A stretch of 63,986 nt of DNA, filler included, from Barthelona sp. PAP020 (taxonomy: Eukaryota): the NCBI GenBank assembly GCA_040182905.1. It is 5 parts of 5 records of this genome, joined end to end, with 100 filler letters (N's around TTAATTAATTAA, not from the genome) between each part and the next. Parts side by side here need not be neighbours in the genome. Positions count along the whole stretch, not along the records: positions 1 to 13,704 come from JARQWU010000317.1; positions 13,805 to 27,393 come from JARQWU010000318.1; 3 more parts are not named here. The stretch is one strand, 5' to 3'. Below, one piece after another: positions 11,708 through 22,673 of the stretch. The number at the start of each line of letters is the position of its first letter. Positions within the stretch are counted from its first letter, which is position 1. A program made the position numbers and the translations under genes. Under the pieces are notes generated by a model. It had not been told where the DNA came from and ran no database searches. It saw only the letters and a list, made by a program, of their open reading frames with translations.

Positions 11708-13660
11708 ATGAATTTAGACGAGGGAACATATACATCGACTGTATATGGATACATACAACAGCAAAAGTATGAAGAAGCTATTGATGTTTGTTCATATTTT
11801 TTGGAAGAATATCCAAACAATCGTGCATCTTTATCCTTGTTGGGATATTGTTATTATCATATTGGAGATTTTGTTGAAGCAGCTAAATAGTAATTCATTT
11901 TTGATTTTGAAATATTCTAATTTTATAGTTATGAAACCCTTTCAAAAGCATTTCCATATGTTCAAGACTATAGAATATATTATGCACAATCATTATTTAA
12001 GGGTGGCTTATTAAATGATGTGCAAAAGATAGTCGCTTCAATGCCACCAACACAACGAGTGAATTTATTGCGTGCTTATGTACATTATCAAAACAATGAA
12101 TATCAATCTTGCAGTGCTATGTTGGACATGTGTAATCAAGATGACAGTGAAACAGTTGTTGCAAGAGGATGTGTTGCATTTCAAGAAGAAAGATATGATG
12201 AGGCACGTGAAAGATTTGACACAGCTATCAACACTGTTGGTTTTAATCCCCAATTGGCTTATTCGATTGCTTTGTGCCATTATTATAAAACAGATTTTGA
12301 AGAAGCCTTAAATTGGATTGAAAACATTAAAAGCGATGGAATTGAGAAACATCCAGATTTAGGTATTGGAAATGGATTAGGAGCAGGTAGATCTGTTGGT
12401 AATTCTCGTGCTTTGGAAGAATCTGCATTAATTGAAGCTTTTAATCTCAAATGTGCGATTGAAATGGATTGTAATAATCCTCAAGCAGCTCAAGAAGCTT
12501 TGATGGATATGCCTCATCGTTCGGAAGAGGAATTGGATGGAATAACCTTACACAACAAAGCTATTGTAAATGCGGAAGAAGATTTGAACGGAACAATGAA
12601 AAAATTATCATATTTACTTGAAGCACCTCCTTTCCCCCCAGAAACATTTTCAAATCTTCTAATGTTGCATCTAAAATTGGGATTAACAGAAGTTGCAGCT
12701 GATATTTTAGCTCAAAATCAACAATTAGCATCTCAATTGCTGGATCAGGATGTTCTTTCATTTATTCATGCGTATTTGATGATAGACAGTTCACCAGAAA
12801 CAGCTTATGTTGAATTAGAAGCTTTAGCAGATAAGTGTGTTCGAAGATTAAGAAAGATAACGAATGATATTCAAAGAGCAAACAATCTTGACAGTGGCCA
12901 AGAGTTATTGAGACAAGCAATGAATGCTTCGGAACAAGCCGTCGAAAATTATTTGCCAATTTTGATGGGTCAGGCCAAGATATTGTGGAATGCTGAGAAT
13001 TATGAAGAAGTAGAAAAATTACTTGGTGAATCAAGAGATTATTGTCAACAAAATCACACATATCAAATGAATTTAGCACATTCCATATTTATGCAAGAAA
13101 ATAAGCAACATGATGCAGTTATATATTACATGCCATTGATGCAGTTTAGAATGAATGATATTTTGAGCGTTCCATCAGTTGTTATTGCAAATTTATGTGC
13201 TTCTCTTGCTCTTACACAAAGAACTGAAGAAGCTGAGAATATCATGCGTAGATTAGAAAAGGAAGAAGAAAGATATTTAGCTACATCTAATGGTAAGAAA
13301 ATTTTAAATTATTCGACCGTCAATTTAGTAATTGGAACCCTTTATTGTTCAAAAGGATACTTTGAGTTTGGTGTTCAACGTATCATGAGAGGTTTAGAAC
13401 CTATTCAACAAAGAATGTCTCCTGATTCATGGTTTTATGCAAAGAAATGTTTCTGTTCATTGGCAGAAACTTTAGCCAGACAAATGACTATTTTAAAGGA
13501 TGAAAATATTGACAGCATTCTGACTTTGTTGGATTCTGCTGAGCAACATGGTGTTGATATCCCCACAGTTGTCACAGTAGCTGCTGATGAGATTGTTCCA
13601 ACAATTGCTGATGAAGCCAGAGCTTTGAAGAGAGTATTCCTAATGATTCGTGATCAATAA
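11708..13660 (+). CDS. IFT70: Intraflagellar transport protein IFT70/TTC30 (exons 11708-11889 and 11929-13660)
   Basis: N-terminus EGTYTSTVYGYI..RASLSLLGYCYY; ESALIEAFNLK, DMPHRSEEELD.ITLHN, PPFPPETFSNLL, VNLVIGTLYCSKG.FEFG, WFYAKKCF. Splicing the 39-nt intron joins the two ORF-track pieces in frame (EAAKYYETLSKAFP). Confidence 0.95.
11890..11928 (+). other. Spliceosomal intron, 39 nt, phase 2
   Basis: GTAATT...TTCTAATTTTATAG; removal eliminates in-frame TAG/TAA and restores conserved IFT70 sequence. Confidence 0.9.
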
Positions 13661-13704
13661 TATTCAAAAGAGAAAAATTCAAAAATTTTTTTATTTGTAG
13701 ATTT

Positions 13705-13804
13705 NNNNNNNNNNNNNNNNNNNNNNNNNNNNNNNNNNNNNNNNNNNNTTAATTAATTAANNNNNNNNNNNNNNNNNNNNNNNNNNNNNNNNNNNNNNNN
13801 NNNN
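13705..13804. other. Artificial contig spacer
   Basis: 44 N + TTAATTAATTAA (six-frame stop linker) + 44 N. Confidence 0.98.
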
Positions 13805-13806
13805 GC

Positions 13807-14649
13807 ACTGTGCGTATGAGTGAATAAGAAAGAATAGTGTTTATTTGGTTAAAGGCTTTCGAGGCCCGATTGATCTGTTGAAAAACTTTAGATTTTCTAA
13901 GGTGAAGTTTAAACTTTAAAATTTTGCTTTTGCAAAAATACAAAAAAATATTAATGAAGAATTTCTCCGAAATTCTCCTACTTGACCGTTCAAATTACAT
14001 TTCAGTCCCTCAATTCCCCTCCTGGGATTTTGACTGAAATTTGCTAGAATGAGTTTTCTGAGTATATTTTCTTTGTAAATAAATATAGTTGTTTCACAAC
14101 TGGACCAATTCTTGACCATCTTTAGGTCCAATATTTTAAGTTACTTGGGGATCTGAATCCACGTGAGTTTTTTTCCAAACCTTAAGCTAACTCGTTTCGT
14201 TGTTCACTGAACAACCCATACCTCATAAATATCTAATAAATACAAGTAGTTTTTGCATGCTTCGAAGTCAAGAATTTGTCTGACCTTTGCCCATCCAACG
14301 TTTGTTCTCCTCGAAGGTCTTTGAAAAATGTGTAATGAAACAATTGGTCAAGTTGTGAAACAACTATATTTATTTACAAAGAAAAAGTGATCAGAGAAAA
14401 CTCATTTCATTAAATCTCAGCCACAGAAAATGAGTCGCTGTAATTGAATCTTGGTCATCAAGTAGGAGAATTTCAGAGAAATTCTTTGTTCCTATTTTTT
14501 TGTATATTTGCAAAAGCAAAATTTTTTAGTTTAAACTGTTCCTTCTAAAGTTTTTCAACAGATCAATCGGGCCTCAAAAGCCATAACACAAATAAACACT
14601 ATTCATTTTGTTCACTCTAACGCACAGTACTTCTTGGCTTGGAAATAAT
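13807..14649. mobile_element. Non-autonomous foldback/MITE-like element with long imperfect inverted arms (left end cut by contig edge)
   Basis: 13807-14110 is the imperfect reverse complement of 14342-14628 (ACTGTGCG..GAGTGAA / TTCACTC..CGCACAGT; GAGGCCCGATTGATCTGTTGAAAAACTTTAG / CTAAAGTTTTTCAACAGATCAATCGGGCCTC; TTTGTAAATAAATATAGTTGTTTCACAAC / GTTGTGAAACAACTATATTTATTTACAAA). No convincing ORF; a related copy lies at about 62.5-63.0 kb. Confidence 0.7.
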
Positions 14650-14827
14650 ACTCTGAGCCAAAGTTCATTTTGGTAAATTGTAATTAAAACTTCAAAAGAG
14701 TAACTGATTGAAGTTTAATTCTGACGACTATGGCTATAAAAAATTTTCCTTTCACAATTCTTCCTATTTGTTAAACCAAAATTTTAAAGTTTCAACATTT
14801 TCTGCATGAATAAAGAAAACAATTTAT

Positions 14828-14906
14828 CAATTTACAAAATCAAACAGAGAAAACTAATTTCAGTAAATTTCAACCAAAAAAAATGAGCGGCTGAAATTCT
14901 ATCTTG
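14828..14906 (+). repeat. Degenerate extra copy of an arm module of the foldback element
   Basis: TTTACAAA..CAGAGAAAACTAATTTCAGTAAATTTCAACCAAAAAAAATGAGCGGCTGAAATT resembles 14373-14453 (CAGAGAAAACTCATTTCATTAAATCTCAGCCACAGAAAATGAGTCGCTGTAATT). Confidence 0.7.
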
Positions 14907-15139
14907 AAGCTGGAACATGAAAACAGAAGCTTTTACGGCTGATATTCTATTCATTCTCTCCACACCTAAAAAATTCAAAAATACAAAGTTAAACATTCAA
15001 TAATGAAGATGGAATAGACCTTGCATTAATATAAACACCAAACATTTAAGAAGAATAAAATGCCATTATGAACTGAAAACGATGAAAATTCGGATGAGAA
15101 TTTCACACAAATTAAAGAGTTCTTTTGTCTGATGCTTTG

Positions 15140-18100
15140 TCAAATAAATAAAGTTTTGTACCAACTATAATGCGGTCTTAAAAGCTCTACAATTTGGGAA
15201 TGACCGTTGGTTTTGGCAATATCTATCGGTGTTGACCCCTGTATGGTTTTGAGATTAATATTGGCTTCATAGTCTAATAATAGTTTGACGATCTCCAAAT
15301 GACCTTTTTCACAGCTAATATGTAATGGTGATCCTCCATAATCCGCACAAAAATTAACATCAGCCCCATGATTCAAAAGCATTTCAGCAACATTAAGATG
15401 ACCATTTTTACAACTGATGTACAATGGCGACTCACCCTTATTATTGCACATATTAACTTTAGCCCCATGATTCAAGAGCATTTCAGCAACATCAACATCC
15501 CCTATTTCACAACTGACATACAATGGAGAAGCGCCATTATTGTTATTGCATAAACTAACATCAGCCCCATGATTCAAAAGCATTTCAGTAACATTAAGAT
15601 GACCTTTTTGACAGCTAATATGCAATGCAGATCCTCCATCATCCTGACATAAATTAACATCAGCCTCATGATCCAAGAGTATTTCAGCAACATCAAGATG
15701 ACCATTTTTACAACTAACATACAATGGAGAAGCACCATTATTCATACACATATTAACTTTAGCCCCATGATCCAAGAGTATTTTGACAACATCAAAATGA
15801 CCTTTTTTACAACAAACATACAATGGCGAACCACCAATATTCCAAAAACTACTACCTTTCCAACACATATTAACATTAGCCCCATGATCCAAGAGCATTT
15901 CAACAACATCAAAATGACCTTTTTCACAACTAACATATAATGGAAAAGAACCACCATTCTTATTGCGCATATTAATTTTTGCTCCATGATACAAGAGCAT
16001 TTTGGCAACATTAGGATGACCATTTTTGCAACTGATGTATAATGGAGAAGCACCATTATTATTGCACATATTAACATCAGTACCATGATCCAAGAGCATT
16101 TCAGTAACATCAATATGACCTTTTTCACAACAAACATACAATGGAAAAAAACCATTATTGTCGCACATAGCAACATCAGCCCCATGATTCAAAAGCATTT
16201 TGGCAACATCAAAATGACCACTTTCACAACTAACATACAATGGAAAAAAACCACCATTCTTATTGCGCATATTAATTTTTGCTCCATGATTCAGGAGCAT
16301 TTCAACAACGTCAATATGACCTTTTTCACAACTGACATACAATGGAAAAAAACCATCATTATTGAACATATTAACTTTAGCCCCATGATTCAAGAGCATT
16401 TCAGCAACATCACAATGCCCATTTTGACAACTGACATACAATGGAAAAAAACCGTCATTATTGCGCATATTAACGTTTGCCCCATCATCCAGGAGCATTT
16501 CAGTAACATTAAGATGACCATTGTAACAACTAACAAATAATGGAGAATCACCATCATTATAGAACATATTGACATCAGCCCCATGATTCAAGAGCATTTC
16601 AGCAACATTGAAATGACCATTTGCACAACTGGCACACAATGGAGAAAAACCTTTGTTACTATACATATTAACATTAGCCCCATGATCCAAGAGTATTTTA
16701 GCAACATCAATATGACCTTTTTCACAACTAACATACAATGGGAAAAAACCTTTATTATTGCGCATATTAACATCAACCCCATGATCCAGGAGCATTTTAA
16801 CAACATCAAAATGACCACTTTCACAACTGACATACAATGGGAAAAAACCTTTAATACTACGCATATTAACATCAGCCCCATGATCCAGGAGCATTTTAGC
16901 AACATCAATATGACCTTTTTCACAACTAACATACAATGAGAAAAAACCTTTATTACTACGCATATTAACATCAGCGCCATGATCCAAGAGTATTTTGACA
17001 AAATCAAGATGGCCCTTGTAAGAACTAATGTACAATGGAAAAAACCCACCTTTCTTACTCAAATTAACATCAGCCCCATTATCTAAGAGCATTTCAGCAA
17101 CATCAAGATGTCCATTGTAACAACTCATGTACAATGGAGAAGTGCCATTATTATCACACAAATTAACATCAGCGCCATGATCCAAGAGCATTTTGACAAC
17201 ATCAATATGCCCTTTTACACAAATAATATGCAATGGAGAAGCACCATCATGCGCACATAAATTTACATCAGCCTTATGATCCAAAAGAACTTTGACAACA
17301 TCAAGATGACCATTTTGACAACTAACATACAATGGAGAAGCACCATTATTGTTGCACAAATTAACATCAGCCCCATGATACAAGAGCATTTTGGCAACAT
17401 CAAGATGACCAAAGTAACAACTAACATACAATGGAGAAGCACCATCATGCACACATAAATTTACATCAGCCTTATGATCCAATAAAAATTCAACAACATT
17501 GATACGCCCATTGAAACAAGCTCCCCAAAGCGATGCCCTTCCTTCCTTTCCCTGTTTGTTCACATCCACACCAGCTTTGATACACTGCTTGACAACCTCA
17601 AGATTTCCCTCCAATGCAGCCCAAAAAATCTTCTTTGGATGACCATCATCTTCAAATCCATCCACATCAAACCCATTCGGAACAAAAACTTGATCCATTT
17701 TATACTTATAAAGAGGGTCAGTGCGTTCAAGTACCGTATCAATCAGCATTTTCAAGTAATCAGTAATCAACTCAAATGATGGACGCTTGTTTGGATTCAC
17801 ATCCAAACATAGCTTTACAATTCCATGTCCATCCACTGAATCAATCATCTCATCAGTATACGGCAATTTCCCATTCAACACTTCCATGTACGTTTTCCTA
17901 TCATCGTTTCCAACGAAAGGAGGAACACCAGTCACTACATAAATCATCATCACCCCAAACGCCCACACATCAATTGCTTTGCGGTTAATTTGATCAACAT
18001 TAAAATCTTTAATCACTTCACGAGGTCGATATCTAACGGAACCTGTCATGGCAACCATCGATGAACTATTGCAATCTTCCACAGTCCCAAAATCGCATAA

Positions 18101-18670
18101 AGCAGGAATGAACTTTCCATTTCTCTTTCTCAACAGAACGTTTTTGGGTTGTACATCACCATGAATAAAACCCCTTTCATGACAACATTTTAAAGCAGAA
18201 GCAACCTGCATGAGTATCGTTAGTTTTTCCATCAACGAAAGATTGGGTATTTCATGTTTAAGATCTGAATCACAAAATTCCATAACTATCCCAGTTTTAC
18301 CATTGATTTCGGTCACACCATGAATTTGATGAATGAAAGGATGGCTAAGGGCTATTGGTACACACTCTTTGAGTAAATCGTACTGATCTGGCTTCTTATT
18401 AAAGAATTTGATAACAACTATCGCTTCATACCATTCAGCGGTGCTCAAGTATCCAGTCTCCCTTTTTTCAAAATACGTATTGACTATTTTGACATCAGAT
18501 ACATGAACTTCGGTAGGTTTCAAAGAATCTATGAGCTCTGTAAATGATTCCAGATTAGCTATCTGATTCTTGCTCTTTGGTCGCCAGTTTTCCACAAAAA
18601 GAATGTTATCTTTTGTTTCCTTTTGTTGAATTATCTTTTTGATGACTGAAATATCAATGTTAACAACCAT
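15140..18670 (-). CDS. Protein kinase (TKL-like, non-RD) fused to about 25 ankyrin repeats
   Basis: VVIK, HPFI, IVMEFC, HGDVQPKNVLL, DFG, DVWAFG, KRPSF, followed by 33-aa repeats GxxPLYVSCxxGHxDVxxMLLxHGADVN. Confidence 0.92.
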   Translation of the reverse strand: MVVNIDISVIKKIIQQKETKDNILFVENWRPKSKNQIANLESFTELIDSLKPTEVHVSDVKIVNTYFEKRETGYLSTAEWYEAIVVIKFFNKKPDQYDLLKECVPIALSHPFIHQIHGVTEINGKTGIVMEFCDSDLKHEIPNLSLMEKLTILMQVASALKCCHERGFIHGDVQPKNVLLRKRNGKFIPALCDFGTVEDCNSSSMVAMTGSVRYRPREVIKDFNVDQINRKAIDVWAFGVMMIYVVTGVPPFVGNDDRKTYMEVLNGKLPYTDEMIDSVDGHGIVKLCLDVNPNKRPSFELITDYLKMLIDTVLERTDPLYKYKMDQVFVPNGFDVDGFEDDGHPKKIFWAALEGNLEVVKQCIKAGVDVNKQGKEGRASLWGACFNGRINVVEFLLDHKADVNLCVHDGASPLYVSCYFGHLDVAKMLLYHGADVNLCNNNGASPLYVSCQNGHLDVVKVLLDHKADVNLCAHDGASPLHIICVKGHIDVVKMLLDHGADVNLCDNNGTSPLYMSCYNGHLDVAEMLLDNGADVNLSKKGGFFPLYISSYKGHLDFVKILLDHGADVNMRSNKGFFSLYVSCEKGHIDVAKMLLDHGADVNMRSIKGFFPLYVSCESGHFDVVKMLLDHGVDVNMRNNKGFFPLYVSCEKGHIDVAKILLDHGANVNMYSNKGFSPLCASCANGHFNVAEMLLNHGADVNMFYNDGDSPLFVSCYNGHLNVTEMLLDDGANVNMRNNDGFFPLYVSCQNGHCDVAEMLLNHGAKVNMFNNDGFFPLYVSCEKGHIDVVEMLLNHGAKINMRNKNGGFFPLYVSCESGHFDVAKMLLNHGADVAMCDNNGFFPLYVCCEKGHIDVTEMLLDHGTDVNMCNNNGASPLYISCKNGHPNVAKMLLYHGAKINMRNKNGGSFPLYVSCEKGHFDVVEMLLDHGANVNMCWKGSSFWNIGGSPLYVCCKKGHFDVVKILLDHGAKVNMCMNNGASPLYVSCKNGHLDVAEILLDHEADVNLCQDDGGSALHISCQKGHLNVTEMLLNHGADVSLCNNNNGASPLYVSCEIGDVDVAEMLLNHGAKVNMCNNKGESPLYISCKNGHLNVAEMLLNHGADVNFCADYGGSPLHISCEKGHLEIVKLLLDYEANINLKTIQGSTPIDIAKTNGHSQIVELLRPHYSWYKTLFI
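15180..17640 (-). repeat. About 99-bp tandem repeat array encoding ankyrin repeats
   Basis: Recurring CCCCATGATCCAAGAGCATTT..CAACATCAA.ATGACC...CAACTAACATACAATGG units at about 99-nt spacing. Confidence 0.92.
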
Positions 18671-19365
18671 TGTTTGTAAAAAAAAAAGAAATCAAGCTAA
18701 AGAAAGAATTCGACTTTGCAGACTTTTCAACTTTTTTCCAAAGCTATAAGTCCCTGTTTTGGAGCAGTCGTTGTCGAAATGAAATGAATTGATTGGTTGA
18801 ACTGGTTTGGATATATTTATGCGTTCTTTGTTCCGATTTCCGTTTTGGAATTTATGCGCATACTCGTGCTTTCAATATTGATTCACATGCTGTTGTGAAG
18901 ATGTTAGAATACAATAGTTTTCTACTTTAATGACGTTTTGTTCGAATATTCTTATCGAATGTCATTATTTCAATGCTTTTTGACAGAATTTTTAGTGTGT
19001 TTATACGTTTTGTTATCTTTTTAACTGGGTAATTTTTAAATTGAACTGAAATGTGTGTTGTATGTGTTTATCAGTCAAAAGTCCACTTGTTGGTGCTTCT
19101 TTATCTTCATTGGTGTGATTTTTTTTTTTCATTTGCCTCATTTCATCCTATTTTAATGCTTGAATAAACAGTTAGTTTTTTTTTTCCTTCATTTTGTGTT
19201 CTTGAAAAAGGTCTTCCAATTTTGGTCTGCCCAAATCTTTTAAAACAAACCAAACACTGTTTATTCTCATTTGGTGACAATCACACAATTGCTAACGAAA
19301 AAATTTATAACAAAAAAAAATGCCCGTATTGTTGTTTATAAGAATGATTTTAGCCCTCTAAGATG

Positions 19366-22300
19366 TCAAATTATAGACTTTTTGGATAAAAAACCTTTTA
19401 CTGTGAAAACCAATTTCTCTAAGAACTTTTGATAGTTACTCTCATCATCGGTTGTCTGTAAAACGTCAAACATTTTGTCTATCACAGGGCTATCGATTTC
19501 ATTTTCTTCAATAGCTTCTCTTAACATTTGAATTGGAACACCATCAGTTAAACACAAGATAGTTAACGTTTCCAAGGTATTTGAAGAATAAAAAAGATTG
19601 ACGTTCTTTAATAAGAGGATCTCAAGATTAACAGAACAATACAATTGGACTATATTTTTGATTTCTTCCACTTCATCAGCCAAATTTAATTTGAATAATG
19701 ATTGGAGTGCTCTATTAGCAAATTCACGACTTTTGCTGATAGGAGACGTGGCCTCTATCAAAAACTCAAATATTTTTGGGGAATTTTTCAAAATTTCCAA
19801 AATAATTTCATAATCTTCTTCAAATTTTTTGAATAATTCACAAGTAATTGCCACAAAACTATCGTTTAACGTTGGAATTCGACGATATTCAACGGTGAAA
19901 TATTTATCAATAATTTGATACCCCATAGTGAAAATTTTCTTGAAACCTGTTTGATTCAACAGACTTCTCAACATTCTAAATAGCTTTTGGAACATTTCTT
20001 CAATATCATCTTCTTGGAATTCTTCATTGGAAGCTGAACATGTTTCTTTGGTATAGTCAAAACAATCATCGATTAATATCATCACGTTTACAAACAGTTC
20101 AATCAATTCATCAAGGGGTAGATTTTCAGCAAAGTTTTCATCTTTGTTGTACACATCAATCATTAAAGCCAATGCAGACAATAACTCTGTGAAATTGTTT
20201 CCGATGTTTAGATGTGTCAAATGGGCAACAATTTGTTTTAAAGCTAATATACCCGTATTTGCAGCTTCTAATTCATAATCAGGCTTAGAAATTGCTTTTG
20301 CAAGAAAAACACCTCTCAAATGAATCAATAGATGCGATAGATACATTTCAAATTCTCCTGTTTCCAAATTTTCAATAACTTTCTCAAAACTTGTTATCAT
20401 AGCATCTGTTTGATTACCGAATTCCAAATAAAATATAGCAAAAATACGAAAGAATTGAGAATTGGTTTGCATAGTGGTTGTACATTGCTCTATCAATGAT
20501 TGGACATTGTTTAAATCTTCCAAAACTATAACACCGTTATTGATCATGTGGTAAAAAAATTCCGCGATATTTTTGCCTGCTTTTTTCATATCACCAAAAA
20601 TAGTCAATTGGATTAATATAGGCACCAAACTATTACATATCTCCATCATACATTGTTCGTTTCCTTCTGTCATCTCATCATCAAATGAAGGAAATACGAC
20701 ATAACAAAACATTGTGATTTCGTTGATAAAGTAAGTGTTTGCATTATCAAAATCCAATTCAGTTAGATATTCTACGATTTTGGTAAACTGTTTGATTATC
20801 AAGGAATAATTTTCTTTCAATTCATCACTATCAAGATCAACTCCTGTTCTTGAAGGAATAGAAGGATCTCCAACAAGTGTATGTCTGATCATTTCTAATA
20901 AGCATCCAAGCACATCTTGTAAAGCAAAATTTTCAGGATCTTCTATAAATCCTTGGGTGGCATCTACCAAATATTTTCTTAACATTTCAATAGAATAGGT
21001 CAAACAATGCCTTGCAATCAATCCAAAGGCTTGCAATTCTTCAGCAGAGCCACGTTCAATTTCATCCATGCCAAAATCACCATCACTGTCTTCGCTCATT
21101 CCATTTAACGAGCTTTGCAAAACAATCTCACAATATTTACACAAAGTTTTCTTTACCCCAGGAATAATCTCTTGCTTTTCTTCTTCCGAACTATTTTCAC
21201 AAAAGTCTGCCCAAATTCCCAAGATATTCACAACTAGATCAGCCTCCAAAGCTAAAGATACTCCATTATTTCCATACACCATCTCAAAAAATTCTTCTGT
21301 AAGGTCAACAATGAACTCAAAAAAACTGGTAAAATTAGCACACAGTTTAATTTTACTTAAGTGATGACGTTTAACGATTCGACACAAAGCATCGGTAACA
21401 TCCATCTTTCCCAATACATCCAATTCATTTTCTTCATTGTCTAGTAACCCCATCAACGTATCAATAATTGTTTCAATGAAATTGATTCTCATAGCAATCA
21501 ATTTATTGTAGATCTCAGTGTTTGCTTGATACTTAGGAGGAAAATACCATACCATATCTGCTATAGCTTCAAGTAACGTCCTTGTTCGAAAGTTCAATTT
21601 TGGAAAATTGGAAGAAACAGACATTTGCCCCAAAATTTTAATGACTTCTGTGTCTGCAAGAACTTTCAATAACGATATTGGGGGAGTGAACAAGGGGGAT
21701 TTCTCATAAACAGGCAATATCATAAAATTATAAGTATTTTGCAATGTATTCGCAAAGTTCCATTTGAATATATTCTCAACCAAAGCAATTAAGACATAAT
21801 GAAGGTCGAAAAAATTGTCATCATCCAGAGGTATGGTTTTCAAAAATTCAAACACCGTTTTAGTGATTTTTTCCAAAAATACTTGCTGAAAGTAATAAGT
21901 ACAAAGAAATTTCATATGTACACTTTGTGATTTGGAATACTTATTGAAAATTTGCAATAATTCAGACAAAAATATTAAAACATTTTGTAATAATTCAATA
22001 GAATGTTCAGAACAATTCGTTAAAATACCAACAATGGTTTCAAGCATATCATTCATCAATTCATTTGGATTTTCAGCAAAATAATTCGTTAAACTTTTTC
22101 TAACATCCATATCTATCTTTATATTACTAGTTATTAGCTCATTTTCAATCCCATTAAACCCAACTGAGCAAGCATTATAAAGAAAAATTGCCAATGATCT
22201 TGTTATTTCATGAATATACGCATCACCAATATTAGAATTAGCAAAACATTGATATGATAAAAATTCATAAACATTATCTCGTTCTTCTTTGGAAAAATTG

Positions 22301-22521
22301 AAAAAATCTCGATCTAAACATTCTCTAAGTGCTACTATTGCTTGTAATATCACATAATTCTCATCAGTTGATTCTAATATCGTAGATATGTAATTATAAG
22401 GTGAAGAAACTTGTCTTAAATGTTTCAATACTTCTTCACTCTCTTTTTTGTTATCATTACTGGTATCTTGTAAATTTTGACAGGCTTCAATGAATATTGG
22501 AGCAAATTCTTCAGGATTCAT
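19366..22521 (-). CDS. Importin-beta family karyopherin, exportin-4-like
   Basis: N-terminal EEVLKHLRQVSSPYNYISTILESTDENYVILQAIVALRE (IBN_N-like, XPO4 type); IFKWNF; acidic HEAT-like helical body of 1051 aa. Confidence 0.7.
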   Translation of the reverse strand: MNPEEFAPIFIEACQNLQDTSNDNKKESEEVLKHLRQVSSPYNYISTILESTDENYVILQAIVALRECLDRDFFNFSKEERDNVYEFLSYQCFANSNIGDAYIHEITRSLAIFLYNACSVGFNGIENELITSNIKIDMDVRKSLTNYFAENPNELMNDMLETIVGILTNCSEHSIELLQNVLIFLSELLQIFNKYSKSQSVHMKFLCTYYFQQVFLEKITKTVFEFLKTIPLDDDNFFDLHYVLIALVENIFKWNFANTLQNTYNFMILPVYEKSPLFTPPISLLKVLADTEVIKILGQMSVSSNFPKLNFRTRTLLEAIADMVWYFPPKYQANTEIYNKLIAMRINFIETIIDTLMGLLDNEENELDVLGKMDVTDALCRIVKRHHLSKIKLCANFTSFFEFIVDLTEEFFEMVYGNNGVSLALEADLVVNILGIWADFCENSSEEEKQEIIPGVKKTLCKYCEIVLQSSLNGMSEDSDGDFGMDEIERGSAEELQAFGLIARHCLTYSIEMLRKYLVDATQGFIEDPENFALQDVLGCLLEMIRHTLVGDPSIPSRTGVDLDSDELKENYSLIIKQFTKIVEYLTELDFDNANTYFINEITMFCYVVFPSFDDEMTEGNEQCMMEICNSLVPILIQLTIFGDMKKAGKNIAEFFYHMINNGVIVLEDLNNVQSLIEQCTTTMQTNSQFFRIFAIFYLEFGNQTDAMITSFEKVIENLETGEFEMYLSHLLIHLRGVFLAKAISKPDYELEAANTGILALKQIVAHLTHLNIGNNFTELLSALALMIDVYNKDENFAENLPLDELIELFVNVMILIDDCFDYTKETCSASNEEFQEDDIEEMFQKLFRMLRSLLNQTGFKKIFTMGYQIIDKYFTVEYRRIPTLNDSFVAITCELFKKFEEDYEIILEILKNSPKIFEFLIEATSPISKSREFANRALQSLFKLNLADEVEEIKNIVQLYCSVNLEILLLKNVNLFYSSNTLETLTILCLTDGVPIQMLREAIEENEIDSPVIDKMFDVLQTTDDESNYQKFLEKLVFTVKGFLSKKSII

Positions 22522-22673
22522 AGAAATATCAGAGAAAAAAATATTATTTCCTATTGATGTCTTTTTTTTTTCCTTATTTCATTTATGTCTTCAAAAGCGA
22601 TAAATATCTTTGCTTTTTGAAGAAGGTAGAGTAAAAAAAATTTTTTTTCTTTTGTTTTTATTATTGTTTTAAT

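Noticed and set aside
13705..13804. TTAATTAATTAA palindrome repeated four times within N-runs
   Set aside because: Artificial six-frame-stop linker joining contigs; no synteny can be inferred across these points.
15180..17640. Regularly spaced repeats with variable inserts (CRISPR-like appearance) and repetitive overlapping/antisense ORFs
   Set aside because: These are in-frame 99-bp ankyrin coding repeats; the alternative-frame ORFs are their shadows.
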